NCBI GenBank assembly: GCA_040220235.1
Contig: JAVJTO010000119.1
DNA: 64,000 nucleotides
Source: Coleofasciculus sp. B1-GNL1-01
Lineage (GTDB): Bacteria > Cyanobacteriota > Cyanobacteriia > Cyanobacteriales > Coleofasciculaceae
Reading direction: 5' to 3' (one strand)
Under the pieces are notes generated by a model that was not told the DNA's origin, did no database searches, and saw only the letters and a program-made list of their open reading frames with translations. The position numbers and the translations under genes were made by a program. This document shows positions 1 to 10,545 of the stretch, one piece after another (positions within the stretch are counted from its first letter, which is position 1; each line of letters opens with the position of its first letter).

Positions 1-1
1 T

Positions 2-205
2 ACAAAATTTTACACTAACCTACGTAATGTGAACCTGAGAAATGCGACCTTGACAGGGGTTAACTTGGAAGATGCCTTACTAGACGGTGCAGATTTAAGC
101 AATGCCAATCTCAGTGAGGCAAAATTGAATGATGTGGATTTATCAGGTGCAAACTTGTGTGGTGCAACTATGTCTGACGGTTCTACTTCCAATCTAGGCT
201 GCTAG
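2..205 (+). CDS. pentapeptide repeat protein, C-terminal part (runs off window start)
   Basis: Frame 2 reads ...NLRNVNLRNATLTGVNLEDALLDGADLSNANLSEAKLNDVDLSGANLCGATMSDGSTSNLGC*, i.e. A(N/D)Lxx repeats; TAG at 203-205. Confidence 0.9.
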   Translation, partial: TKFYTNLRNVNLRNATLTGVNLEDALLDGADLSNANLSEAKLNDVDLSGANLCGATMSDGSTSNLGC

Positions 206-357
206 TATCTGTTTGTGCCATTATGCCAAAGTCCAAATCCGTTCAAGGGTGTACATTGTACACCCACTGATTGTCAGGTTATCTTTTTGCGCTTACGCAT
301 AAACCCAAAATCTTCAACAGCAGCTTTTTACCTTGATTATTCTTTGGGCAGTTAATT

Positions 358-482
358 ACTGGACTTTAGACTAAATTTTGGCATTTGAAGAAACTGAATT
401 ACAAGCAACGAAGGCTTGAAACCCAGACCCAAAGGGCTATAGAGTCTTGGGAAGGCTCTGTTGAATTAGTCTAAAGTCCAGT
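358..482. mobile_element. 125-bp MITE-like element with 17-bp perfect terminal inverted repeats
   Basis: ACTGGACTTTAGACTAA (358-374) / TTAGTCTAAAGTCCAGT (466-482); no ORF inside. Confidence 0.7.
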
Positions 483-584
483 GTTAAGTTTTCTTTGCAA
501 AATTCCTTTTTGGCATAAAATAACTCTTAACCGTCAGAATTAATAAACGAAGGTTGAGCAAATAAAGAAGTACTATCCGTTACT

Positions 585-1202
585 ATGACTCGAACTCGCT
601 TATTTACCCAACTCACGCTAACGGTTGTCACCCTTCTGGGATTAACCTTTACCTCATCCCTTGCCCTTGCCAATTTCTTAGCTTTCTCACCCGTATTTAC
701 CCAAACTCAGAATACTTCAAAGGCTGAAGCCGATAGACTATTACAGCAGGGGATTCAGCAACGGCAAAGGAGTCAATTCCGGGAGGCGATTGAGTTTTGG
801 CAAAAGTCTTTATCTATTTATCAAAAAATTGGTGATAGGCAAGGTGAAGCGGCTTCCCTCAATAATTTGGGATCAGCTTATCAACGTCTATCCCAATACG
901 AAAAAGGGATTGAACTTTATCAGCAAGCTTTGCCAATCTTTCAAGAAATTGGCGATAGGCAAGGTGAAGCTAGCTCTCTCAATAATTTGGGATTAGCTTA
1001 TAGGAATCTATCCCAATACGAAAAAGGGATTGAATTTTTTCAGCAAGCTTTGCTAATCTTTCAAGAAATTGGCGATAGAAGAAGCGAAGCGGGAACTCTA
1101 AGCAGTTTAGGACTAGTTTACCGCGCCTTAGGACAAGAACAGAAAGCCAGAGAATTATTTGAGCAATCTCAAGCCATCAAGCAAGAAATCGGGATAGATT
1201 AA
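585..1202 (+). CDS. secreted/membrane-anchored tetratricopeptide repeat protein
   Basis: N-terminal hydrophobic segment; repeated IGDRQGEAxSLNNLGxAY...YEKGIE..QQAL TPR units. Confidence 0.9.
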   Translation: MTRTRLFTQLTLTVVTLLGLTFTSSLALANFLAFSPVFTQTQNTSKAEADRLLQQGIQQRQRSQFREAIEFWQKSLSIYQKIGDRQGEAASLNNLGSAYQRLSQYEKGIELYQQALPIFQEIGDRQGEASSLNNLGLAYRNLSQYEKGIEFFQQALLIFQEIGDRRSEAGTLSSLGLVYRALGQEQKARELFEQSQAIKQEIGID

Positions 1203-1474
1203 AATAAAGAGGCTCTTTTGGACTTACTATGCCCATTGGTGACAAGCATCTCAAACGCTTGTCGGAAAATCCCGCGATCGCCCCAAATCCGGGTAAGCGT
1301 CTCTTATATGTCTTGCCGAACCGTCTGGAGAAACTGTTGAATTAATTCAACAGTTTTGGGTGACGACGCGATTAGCGGTAAGATGGGAGCCAGAACAAAA
1401 CAGGGATTCATACTGGATCAGCCTAGTATCCAAGCCTTTGAACGGAAACCAAAACCACCGAAGGAAGGTTAATC

Positions 1475-2176
1475 GTGCAATCAGGAATGAAATGGATTAG
1501 TGTGTTCGCCCTCTCCTTAAGTATATGGGGATTAGGATGTGGGGTGGCAATAGCAGCCGAACCCAGTCTGGGGAGTTCTTTTAAAGAGTGGTGTCTGAAC
1601 GGTGGGAGCTTGTCAGATGAAACGAGAAAAACAGTCTATATACTGTTAGAACAAGCAGGCACAAGTGATTGTTCTCAAGCTGATGCAACTCTGTTGAGTC
1701 GTACTGAGCTTCAGCTCTGGGACAACTCAATAACAGATATTAGCCCTTTGGCTGGACTTTCCAATCTGACTGTACTTAATCTTGGCAGGAACTCAATAAC
1801 AGATGTTAGCCCCTTGGCTGAACTTTCCAATCTGACCAAGCTTTCCCTCGGCTCCAACTCAATAACAGATATTAGCCCTTTGGCTGGACTTTCCAATCTG
1901 ACTAAGCTTTACCTTGACTCCAACTCAATAACAGATGTTAGCCCTTTAGCTGGACTTTCCAATCTGACTGAACTTTTCCTGAGCAGCAACTCAATAACAG
2001 ATGCCAGCCCTCTGGCACAACTTACAAATCTGAGGAGGCTTTTCCTTGGAGATAATCCCATCGCACAGCCAACTTGCCCAGTCAGTCCCCCAGGTGTTTG
2101 CTCTTTTTCCCCCAGGTGTTTGCTCTTTTCTGTAGAGGGATCTGAGACTTACTGTATCAAATTTCAGGATTTTTAG
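1475..2176 (+). CDS. secreted internalin-like leucine-rich repeat protein
   Basis: Signal peptide ending AIA-A; Cys N-cap (WC...DC); 22-aa repeats ITDISPLAGLSNLTxLxLxxNS; CPxxPxxxC C-cap. Confidence 0.9.
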   Translation: MQSGMKWISVFALSLSIWGLGCGVAIAAEPSLGSSFKEWCLNGGSLSDETRKTVYILLEQAGTSDCSQADATLLSRTELQLWDNSITDISPLAGLSNLTVLNLGRNSITDVSPLAELSNLTKLSLGSNSITDISPLAGLSNLTKLYLDSNSITDVSPLAGLSNLTELFLSSNSITDASPLAQLTNLRRLFLGDNPIAQPTCPVSPPGVCSFSPRCLLFSVEGSETYCIKFQDF

Positions 2177-2431
2177 CAGAGTAACACAACGCTATTCACT
2201 TACTCCCTCAGTTATCCTTTCTAATAATTTTACCCTCTGGCATTAGACCATAAAAACACCCCTTCAGCCCAAAAAAGGAGTGATACAGAGGTGAGGAGCG
2301 ATCGCGACTTTCTCAAAAAATTGAAACACTGTCTGGTTGTGGGTTTGACGGGTTTTGGGAGTGCGATCGCCTAAAAGTACACTTTGCCTTTAAATAATTT
2401 ATAGACTCTCAATATCAAAGAGAAATTAAAG

Positions 2432-3271
2432 ATGAATTTTAAAAGACGAATTGAACATTGGTTTAATCAGAATTTTGATGTAGTGCAACGCCATCAATTT
2501 AACTGGGAGATTAGACCCAAGTCTGCTCAAGGTTGTGTTTCTAGCTGTTTACTATTTGGGCTGATTTTTTGTGCATTATTTTGGCTCACCATCAAATTTT
2601 ATTCGATTGTGTTTTCGCTCGTAATGACTCGCTTAGGCATTGCCCCAAGGTTAGGAATCCCTTTAATCATTACGGTTTTTTTCGGATGCTTCATCAACCT
2701 GCCGCTCTATCTGGTATTACAATGTCAGGGTCGCAGATACTATAAATTCCTGCCAGTATTGATATCGCTTACACCCGGTTCTTACATCCGTTCTTACATC
2801 GGCTTAAATGTATCAGGCGGTTTGATTCCCATCGTTTTGGCGCTCTATCAATTTCATCGCACTCAACCTTTAGCTATTTTAATCGTGATGACAATTGTTG
2901 CACTGATTAGCTATTTTTTTGTCACTGTATTACCAGGAATAGGGATTTATTTGACTTTCTCAGGTTTTTGGATTATAACACTCATAGCTGTTTTTGCATC
3001 AATGATATTCATAGCTGCTTTTACAGAAATGGGATTAGTGACAAGTGGTGTTGCTCGTCTTGATGTTCCAGTTGCTTTTGCTGGAGGTGTCTTAGGAACA
3101 ACTATTGGGTGTGATCTACTGCATCTAAAAGATCTTCATGTTAATAGGGTGGCAAGTGTACTAAGTATTGGTGGTGCTGGGTTAGACGATGGAATCGCCA
3201 AGTGTGGTATTTCTGCTTTAATTATTGCTGAATGGCTTCCGGTTGTCGGTGAATTAATTTCCTTTAACTGA
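2432..3271 (+). CDS. DUF1614-like integral membrane protein
   Basis: Multiple TM helices; motifs INLPL, IGLNVSGGLIP, GGVLGTTIGCDLLHL, LSIGGAGLDDGI. Confidence 0.75.
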   Translation: MNFKRRIEHWFNQNFDVVQRHQFNWEIRPKSAQGCVSSCLLFGLIFCALFWLTIKFYSIVFSLVMTRLGIAPRLGIPLIITVFFGCFINLPLYLVLQCQGRRYYKFLPVLISLTPGSYIRSYIGLNVSGGLIPIVLALYQFHRTQPLAILIVMTIVALISYFFVTVLPGIGIYLTFSGFWIITLIAVFASMIFIAAFTEMGLVTSGVARLDVPVAFAGGVLGTTIGCDLLHLKDLHVNRVASVLSIGGAGLDDGIAKCGISALIIAEWLPVVGELISFN

Positions 3272-3443
3272 GGTTGTTCACTACCTCAGTGCTTGAGGAG
3301 GTAATGGTAATTTTCGCCCACCATTGCCTTTCTCCACAACGGATGCCCAACAAGGATTACAAAACTTCATACAGTGCCGTTTTCTTTTGTTCGACTACTT
3401 ATAACCCTCATATCGTAATAAACGGGATAATCTGGAGGCGAGA

Positions 3444-4283
3444 GTGTATCAAAGCCAGGAAATGAAACGGATTAGTTTTATCACCCTCTCCTTAAGTCTG
3501 TGGGGATGGGGATATGGAGTTGCTATAGCTGCCCAACCCAGTCTGGGGAGTTCTTTTAGAAAGTGGTGTCTCCAACGAGGCAGTTTATCAGCCTCTTTAA
3601 GAAAAACAGTTGAGGTACTGTTAGAAGAAGCAGGCACAAGTGATTGTTCTCAAGCCGATGAAATTCTGTCGAGTCTGAATTATCTTGTCCTTGGCTATAA
3701 CCAAATAAAAGATGTAAGTCCTCTGTCTGGACTTACCTCACTAACTGAGCTTTACCTCTGGAACAACCAAATAAAAGATGTAAGTCCTCTTTCTGGGCTT
3801 ACCAATTTGACTGTGCTTAACCTCAACAATAACAAAATAACAGATATCAGTCCTCTGTCTGGACTTACCTCACTGACTGGGCTTATCCTCGGTGGTAACC
3901 AAATAAAAGATGTAAGTCCTCTGTTGGAACTTACCAATCTGGGTTATCTTGTCCTTGGCAATAACAAAATAACAGATATCAGTCCTCTGTCTGGACTTAC
4001 CAATCTGACTATACTTATCCTTGACAATAACCAAATAACAGATATCAGTCCTCTGTCTGGACTTACCAATCTAGGAGGGCTTATCCTCAACTCTAACCAA
4101 ATAACAGATATCAGTCCTCTGTCGGGACTTACCAATCTAGGAGGGCTTCACCTCAACTCTAACCAAATAACAGATGTCAGTTCTCTTTTTGAGCTTACCA
4201 ATCTGAGGAGGCTTCACCTTAAAGACAATCCTATACCACAGCCAATCTGTCCAATCAGTCCCACAGGTTTTTGCGAGTTATGA
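3444..4283 (+). CDS. secreted internalin-like LRR protein, paralog of 1475..2176
   Basis: GGAGG RBS before GTG; same signal peptide, N-cap and C-cap; 22-aa repeats. Confidence 0.9.
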   Translation: MYQSQEMKRISFITLSLSLWGWGYGVAIAAQPSLGSSFRKWCLQRGSLSASLRKTVEVLLEEAGTSDCSQADEILSSLNYLVLGYNQIKDVSPLSGLTSLTELYLWNNQIKDVSPLSGLTNLTVLNLNNNKITDISPLSGLTSLTGLILGGNQIKDVSPLLELTNLGYLVLGNNKITDISPLSGLTNLTILILDNNQITDISPLSGLTNLGGLILNSNQITDISPLSGLTNLGGLHLNSNQITDVSSLFELTNLRRLHLKDNPIPQPICPISPTGFCEL

Positions 4284-4480
4284 CCATAACATTTCATTTC
4301 CTATTACGATAAAGTTTATTTAGCACGGATGGGTAGTCCAGTATAAGGTGACTTTGACGTCGGGACATTAGCCGGAACCCAAGCACTGGTTGTGCAATTA
4401 GGCGGTGAAGTCAATCCAATTAATCTTACTTCAACCGTTGAAAAGCCGTCCACAATAACGTAAAAAGTCTGTTTCTTTAT

Positions 4481-5287
4481 TTATTCTTGAATAAAATCCT
4501 CAATTGTTTGTTTGACTAAGAGCGCTTCATTTTCGTTAAAAGTCGCCATTAGCAGACACCTTTCTCCGGAAGATAACACTAAAAATAAGGCATAAGTACT
4601 AGGTTCATCTATATCACTAGATTCGTATTTATTTTGTTCAATATTATTAATTTTGCTAAGTTCGTACTGTTTGATTTTATTTCCATGCTTATCAATAAAT
4701 GTATTAGTTGCTTTACTTAATGTAAAGCTTCTACTTTTAGCGTCATAAATCATAGATTTAATAATAGAAATTAACCTGGAAATCCACATATATGTGAACA
4801 GTAAAATAAAAATGTACGCGCCTATGAACTGTTGTTCTTCTTCCCAGTTAATGCGTTTAAGGATTAAAGAGGATTCATTAGAGTTAATGAAACTGTTAAT
4901 TTCTGAGGCAAGTGTGGCTACAGCCTCATGGTTACTAGATTCATATATAATATTAGAATTTAAAATATTAACACGCCCATCAACAATCACTAAAGCTACC
5001 GAGTGGTCAGTAATTAATATAGCCTCTTTAGTCAATCCCGTTTTAATAATGGGTTCTTTAATAAGACCAAAAAGTTCATCATGAGTGTACTCGCATTCAA
5101 CCAAGGTAGCTTCAACTCGATTGCAAGAAAGAGTAAAGATGTTAAAGGGAGATAAAAGAAGACCCACCAGAGCGAACGCTACAGCCCAAAATGGTGAGAG
5201 CAAGAAAAAAGCAAATACTTTGTGTAGCCAGGTAGCTTTTTCTCTTTGAATAACTAATTCATTGGTAGTTTGCTTGCTAACATACAT
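4481..5287 (-). CDS. hypothetical membrane protein
   Basis: 268-aa ORF with hydrophobic segments and a CxR...C pair; AT-rich. Confidence 0.7.
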   Translation of the reverse strand: MYVSKQTTNELVIQREKATWLHKVFAFFLLSPFWAVAFALVGLLLSPFNIFTLSCNRVEATLVECEYTHDELFGLIKEPIIKTGLTKEAILITDHSVALVIVDGRVNILNSNIIYESSNHEAVATLASEINSFINSNESSLILKRINWEEEQQFIGAYIFILLFTYMWISRLISIIKSMIYDAKSRSFTLSKATNTFIDKHGNKIKQYELSKINNIEQNKYESSDIDEPSTYALFLVLSSGERCLLMATFNENEALLVKQTIEDFIQE

Positions 5288-5445
5288 GGTTGTATTTTTG
5301 GTATGGTTGTTTAGAAGTTAAAGACCACTACATCTGTTGTACTCTATACCTTGAAACATTTCCGGAAAGAAATCAAAAATTTACCTAATGCTTGTAACTT
5401 TTGACCTAAGGTAATTTAGGCAATGTTGATTAAACTATTTTTGCT

Positions 5446-6972
5446 TCAAAAAAAGAACCAGAGGTTGGATAAATCATTCTCTGAGGCACTGTCTATGTCT
5501 GAGGTATTGTCTCTGAAATTGGACTCCGTATTCATTACCTCAGTGGATATCCCACTTTGATTACCTAAGATAGGGACTTCCCCGGCGGTTTGAATGGGCA
5601 AATCCAACCAATCACTTAACTCAACGGCTAGCCAGTCTAGCTCCACTGGAGTCAATTGGCGTATTCCCCCAATCAACGAGCCTTTTTCCAGTGCATAACA
5701 TTGATTCCCTACCCAGATATTCAGTCCACTATACAGAAGTTTTGGCTTACTGGTCTTTTGCATGGTGTCGAAGTATTCTTTGTAGGTGACGCGCTCAAGT
5801 TTGATGATATCTTTGGTTGGTGATGAATATCTTTTTTTAATACCTAACCAGTTCCTAGTTAAGTAAATCTCTCTTGGCTCAATGGACAACTGAATCTCTT
5901 CAAATATTTTGCCAATAATCTTTATCCATATTGACGAAACTATCCACAGCGTAAATGGTGCAACCAATAATAAAGTTTCAAGTTTCCAAAAGCCTAACAG
6001 TAAGAGAAGACACCAGAAGCTCGTTTGCTTCAACCCAGAAAAAATAACTTGGAGTTTCTGTTTAAGGGGAAGCGGAGAAATAACAATTTGTAGTTGGTCA
6101 TCCGTTTTAGTTAGAACAACTCGGCTACCCCTAGGCTTTACGTGAACCTTTGCTAAGGACTGTAGTGTCAGTTGCTCCTTTTGTAAAGCATCCAAGGCTG
6201 ACCGAGCATTCTTGAATCGCTGACTAAGATCGGGTTGAATTAGTAATTTAAGCCAGGTTTGGAACGGCTTACTGGCGAGTCGTTCCCCCTCAAACCGAAT
6301 ACAACCGTTGCGGCTGGGTAAATCAGCGGGATGGGTTCTAGTTAGCAAGTCAATTAATGTAGCACCCAAGCTATACAAATCTGAGGCAGGAATTGTCTTG
6401 CCACCAAACTGCTCAGGTGGCATATAACCATAGGTACCGACGACTGTAATCGTGCCACCATCTGCTACCGTTTGCACTGAGCCAAAATCAACGAGATAGA
6501 CTTGACCAAGACTATTCCCACTGCGATCGCCCAACAGAATATTGCTTGGCTTAATATCCCGATGAATGACAGGTGGTTGGTGGGTGTGGAGGTAATCCAA
6601 AATTTCTAATAATTCCTGGGCAATTGCCCTGAGATCTGCTTCACTGAAATGACGCCCAACTTGCATCCAGTCCTGGAGCGATCGCGCCTCAATGTAACTT
6701 TGCACTAGGGCGAACCCTTTGCCTAACTGGGTATCAACCTCAAAGGAGTCAAGATACTGAGGAATTAATGGATGATCAAGAGCCTTGAGAGTTTTTGCCT
6801 CTCGTTCAAACAGTTTCAGATCCTCCCAAGTAAAATCCGGATCAAGCAAAAGTAATTTGATCACAACGGGCGAATGGGTTTGTAAATCACTCGCCAAAAA
6901 AGTCCTCCGCCCTCTTTGGCGACCGAGCATGGATTGAATACGGTAGCGATCATTCAAGAGTTGATTAATCAT
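5446..6972 (-). CDS. Hanks-type Ser/Thr protein kinase with C-terminal membrane domain
   Basis: VVIK, HRDIKPSN, DFG, GTYGYMPPEQ, SDLYSLG motifs; TM hairpin near aa 320-355. Confidence 0.95.
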   Translation of the reverse strand: MINQLLNDRYRIQSMLGRQRGRRTFLASDLQTHSPVVIKLLLLDPDFTWEDLKLFEREAKTLKALDHPLIPQYLDSFEVDTQLGKGFALVQSYIEARSLQDWMQVGRHFSEADLRAIAQELLEILDYLHTHQPPVIHRDIKPSNILLGDRSGNSLGQVYLVDFGSVQTVADGGTITVVGTYGYMPPEQFGGKTIPASDLYSLGATLIDLLTRTHPADLPSRNGCIRFEGERLASKPFQTWLKLLIQPDLSQRFKNARSALDALQKEQLTLQSLAKVHVKPRGSRVVLTKTDDQLQIVISPLPLKQKLQVIFSGLKQTSFWCLLLLLGFWKLETLLLVAPFTLWIVSSIWIKIIGKIFEEIQLSIEPREIYLTRNWLGIKKRYSSPTKDIIKLERVTYKEYFDTMQKTSKPKLLYSGLNIWVGNQCYALEKGSLIGGIRQLTPVELDWLAVELSDWLDLPIQTAGEVPILGNQSGISTEVMNTESNFRDNTSDIDSASENDLSNLWFFF

Positions 6973-6984
6973 GTCTTATACCCC

Positions 6985-7180
6985 ACATTCCTTTAAACGC
7001 TAACTGTAACCGCTTGAGGGTTTGTTGCAACACCTGCGAATGTACTTGCTTGAGTTCAGGGATGTCTTTTTTGGCTTGAGTCAGGTTTTTGCACTGGCTA
7101 GCATAGGTGGGTGCTGGTTTATCAGCTGGTATGATGTACTCATATTGAAGCGAACAAGCGTTAACTTGGCGTGGCACTTT
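6985..7180 (-). pseudogene. tnpB: IS200/IS605-family TnpB N-terminal fragment
   Basis: VNACSLQYEYIIPAD..PTYASQCKNLTQAKKDIPELKQVHSQVLQQTLKRLQLAFKGMW matches the N-terminus of cyanobacterial TnpB; no RuvC or zinc finger. Confidence 0.8.
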
Positions 7181-7183
7181 AGT

Positions 7184-8242
<1,059 letters not shown>

Positions 8243-8269
8243 TGAGACGCTACATTTCCTGGTAACTGA

Positions 8270-9655
8270 TTAATTGATCTCAAGCAGGGAATAACAGAGC
8301 AGAGTAATCACCAATGTGCCGAAAAAATTCAACACCAAACCCTCACGTACCATGCGACTGATAGGGAACTTTCCTGTACTGTAGACAATCGCATTGGGAG
8401 CTGTAGCGACTGGCAGCATAAAAGCACAACTAGCGCTAATCGTGGCAGGAATCATCAGCAGGGTTGGCTCTAATTTGGCAGCCAATGCCGCTGCACCCAA
8501 AATTGGCATCAGCAGGGTGGTTGTTGCTGTATTGCTAGTGACTTCAGTCAGAAAGGTGACAACTAGGCAAATAAGTGCCAGTGTTAACAGCATCGGCAAA
8601 ACTGACAGATTCGATAGCAATTGTCCCAAAGACTCGCTTAAACCTGAAGCCGAGAAGGCATTGGCAATGGCAATCCCGCCGCTAAAGAGAATGAGTAAAC
8701 CCCAGGGTATGCGCTCCGCTGTTTCCCAGTCGAGTAGTTTACCCCCTTGACCATCAGGTAGGATGAACATCACCACAACCATGAACAGTGCCACCGTACT
8801 GTCCCCCACTTCTGGCGTACCCAACAGCCGACTCCAGCCACCAAAGGGTTCAATGCGCGTACTCCAGGCTAGAGCCGTGATCACAAAGATAATCAGTACC
8901 CGTTTTTCGGCAGCGCTCCAAGGATTGAGTGTGGGGAGTTCCAGCGTTGATTTACCCCGCAAATGCCGCGTCAGCCACAGCCAAGTTAAAGGCACCATTA
9001 ACACGACGACAGGTACACCCAATTTCATCCAGTCTAGAAAACTGAAAACCTTGCCGGTAATTTCTTCGTACTGGGCAAGAAAAATGACATTAGGCGGCGT
9101 ACCGATAGGAGTACCAATCCCGCCAACACTCGCTCCATAGGCGATTCCCAGGAGTAACGGCACTTCCAGCCGTCGATTGGCACACTGCTCTAGTACCGCT
9201 ACGGCTATTGGTAGCAGCATCAGTGTTGTGGCGGTGTTCGATACCCACATACTCAGTAGGGCTGAAGCCAGCATGAATCCTAGCACGAGAGTTTTGCCCC
9301 CATCCCTGCCCACGAGACGCACCATCCCAATAGCTAGACGACGATGGACTCCGCTTTTCTCAATCGCCGTCGAAAGCATAAATCCGCCGAGTAGTAACAT
9401 GATCAGGTGATGACCATAGGCAGTGGCTACCTGTTTGTCGCTCAGCACACCAGCGCCGGGAAACACCGCAAACGGGATTAGCGACGTAGCCGGAATCGGG
9501 ATTGGCTCGAAGCACCACCAGACGGCACAGAGTACGGTTACGGCTGCAGTCCAGCACTCATCCAGGGATTGATTCACCAGCCGCAGCCAGACAAACACAA
9601 TCGTTGCTAGAACTGGACCACCAATTAACGCCAACCTCTGATAATTCGCTTTCAT
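8270..9655 (-). CDS. SLC13/DASS family sodium-coupled anion symporter
   Basis: SMWVSNTATT, GTPIGTPPN, TEVTSNTAT, AFMLPVATAPNAI motifs; ATG at 9655 preferred over upstream GTG. Confidence 0.93.
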   Translation of the reverse strand: MKANYQRLALIGGPVLATIVFVWLRLVNQSLDECWTAAVTVLCAVWWCFEPIPIPATSLIPFAVFPGAGVLSDKQVATAYGHHLIMLLLGGFMLSTAIEKSGVHRRLAIGMVRLVGRDGGKTLVLGFMLASALLSMWVSNTATTLMLLPIAVAVLEQCANRRLEVPLLLGIAYGASVGGIGTPIGTPPNVIFLAQYEEITGKVFSFLDWMKLGVPVVVLMVPLTWLWLTRHLRGKSTLELPTLNPWSAAEKRVLIIFVITALAWSTRIEPFGGWSRLLGTPEVGDSTVALFMVVVMFILPDGQGGKLLDWETAERIPWGLLILFSGGIAIANAFSASGLSESLGQLLSNLSVLPMLLTLALICLVVTFLTEVTSNTATTTLLMPILGAAALAAKLEPTLLMIPATISASCAFMLPVATAPNAIVYSTGKFPISRMVREGLVLNFFGTLVITLLCYSLLEIN

Positions 9656-9872
9656 AGTCAAGATTGAATTTCGCGCTTGTATTTTTCTATTCGTCCCAGA
9701 AGCCGCTTTTTTCTGCACAAGGGTGAGACAATGGGGAGTAAATCGGGAATAGTGTTAAGCTTTGTAACAAAAACTGGAGTTTGGCATAATCGTCTCACCA
9801 TTGACCCGACTACTAGATCAAAGCAGATGATTTGATCAACCCGAGTTATAGGGATTCGAGTGTCTTGATATT

Positions 9873-10514
9873 ATGGTGGGTAATCAGCAACTCAATAAAG
9901 AACTCAGGCAGCTAGCCATCAAAGCTCAACAGCATCCTGCTAATACGAAAATGCGGCAAATAGCGTTAACCCGGTTAGTCAATGCTATTCAGCGTTCCGG
10001 TAAGCTTTGTCGTCCCTATTCGGGTCAGTTTTCTGGGTTGTATGAGGATATTTATAGTTCCGCCTGCAATCGGACGTTTCTTTATATCTGTCAAAATATT
10101 GATAGTTATAATCAGAATAGAGGAGAAGTAATAGCATGGGTTAATTTTATCATGAAAAGACGATTTATTGATGCTATTAATGAGACATTCAGCTCATTTG
10201 TGAAACCTAGCAATTGTCGCAACAAAAGACTGGGTGCTGAAAATCTAGAACAACTTGTAACATCAGACTTAAATCCTTTTTTATCTTCGGAAATCATCTT
10301 CTGGATCAAAGAAGATCCAGATGGTCTTTTTCAAGCCACACATATCTCGAATCATACAGAGGTCAATTTTCAATATTTAGTGATCAAGAGAATTGAAGGA
10401 TATTCGTGGCGAGAATTATCCGAGCATTTAAAAATACCACTGTCAACCCTAAGTCGATTTTACGACCGTTGCTTGACTCGGTTTTCTTCCCATTTGCGAG
10501 AATATTTGTATTAG
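9873..10514 (+). CDS. sigma-70/ECF-like factor (cyanobacterial type)
   Basis: Region-2-like YEDIYS...YICQNIDSY...IAWVNFIMKRRF and C-terminal HTH GYSWRELSEHLKIPLSTLSRFY. Confidence 0.75.
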   Translation: MVGNQQLNKELRQLAIKAQQHPANTKMRQIALTRLVNAIQRSGKLCRPYSGQFSGLYEDIYSSACNRTFLYICQNIDSYNQNRGEVIAWVNFIMKRRFIDAINETFSSFVKPSNCRNKRLGAENLEQLVTSDLNPFLSSEIIFWIKEDPDGLFQATHISNHTEVNFQYLVIKRIEGYSWRELSEHLKIPLSTLSRFYDRCLTRFSSHLREYLY

Positions 10515-10545
10515 TTATTTTAGTCATTAATTCAAGACGGTAATC

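Noticed and set aside
3274..3465. 63-aa ORF between DUF1614 and LRR2
   Set aside because: TTG start, no recognisable motif, overlaps the LRR2 RBS
1730..4200. 66-bp periodic repeats with variable segments resembling a CRISPR array or DGR
   Set aside because: They are in-frame LRR coding units; there is no cas or reverse transcriptase gene and no template-repeat pair
4340..4462. Short frame GTLAGTQALVVQLGGEV reminiscent of a phosphoribosyltransferase
   Set aside because: Too short, no start codon, similarity not convincing
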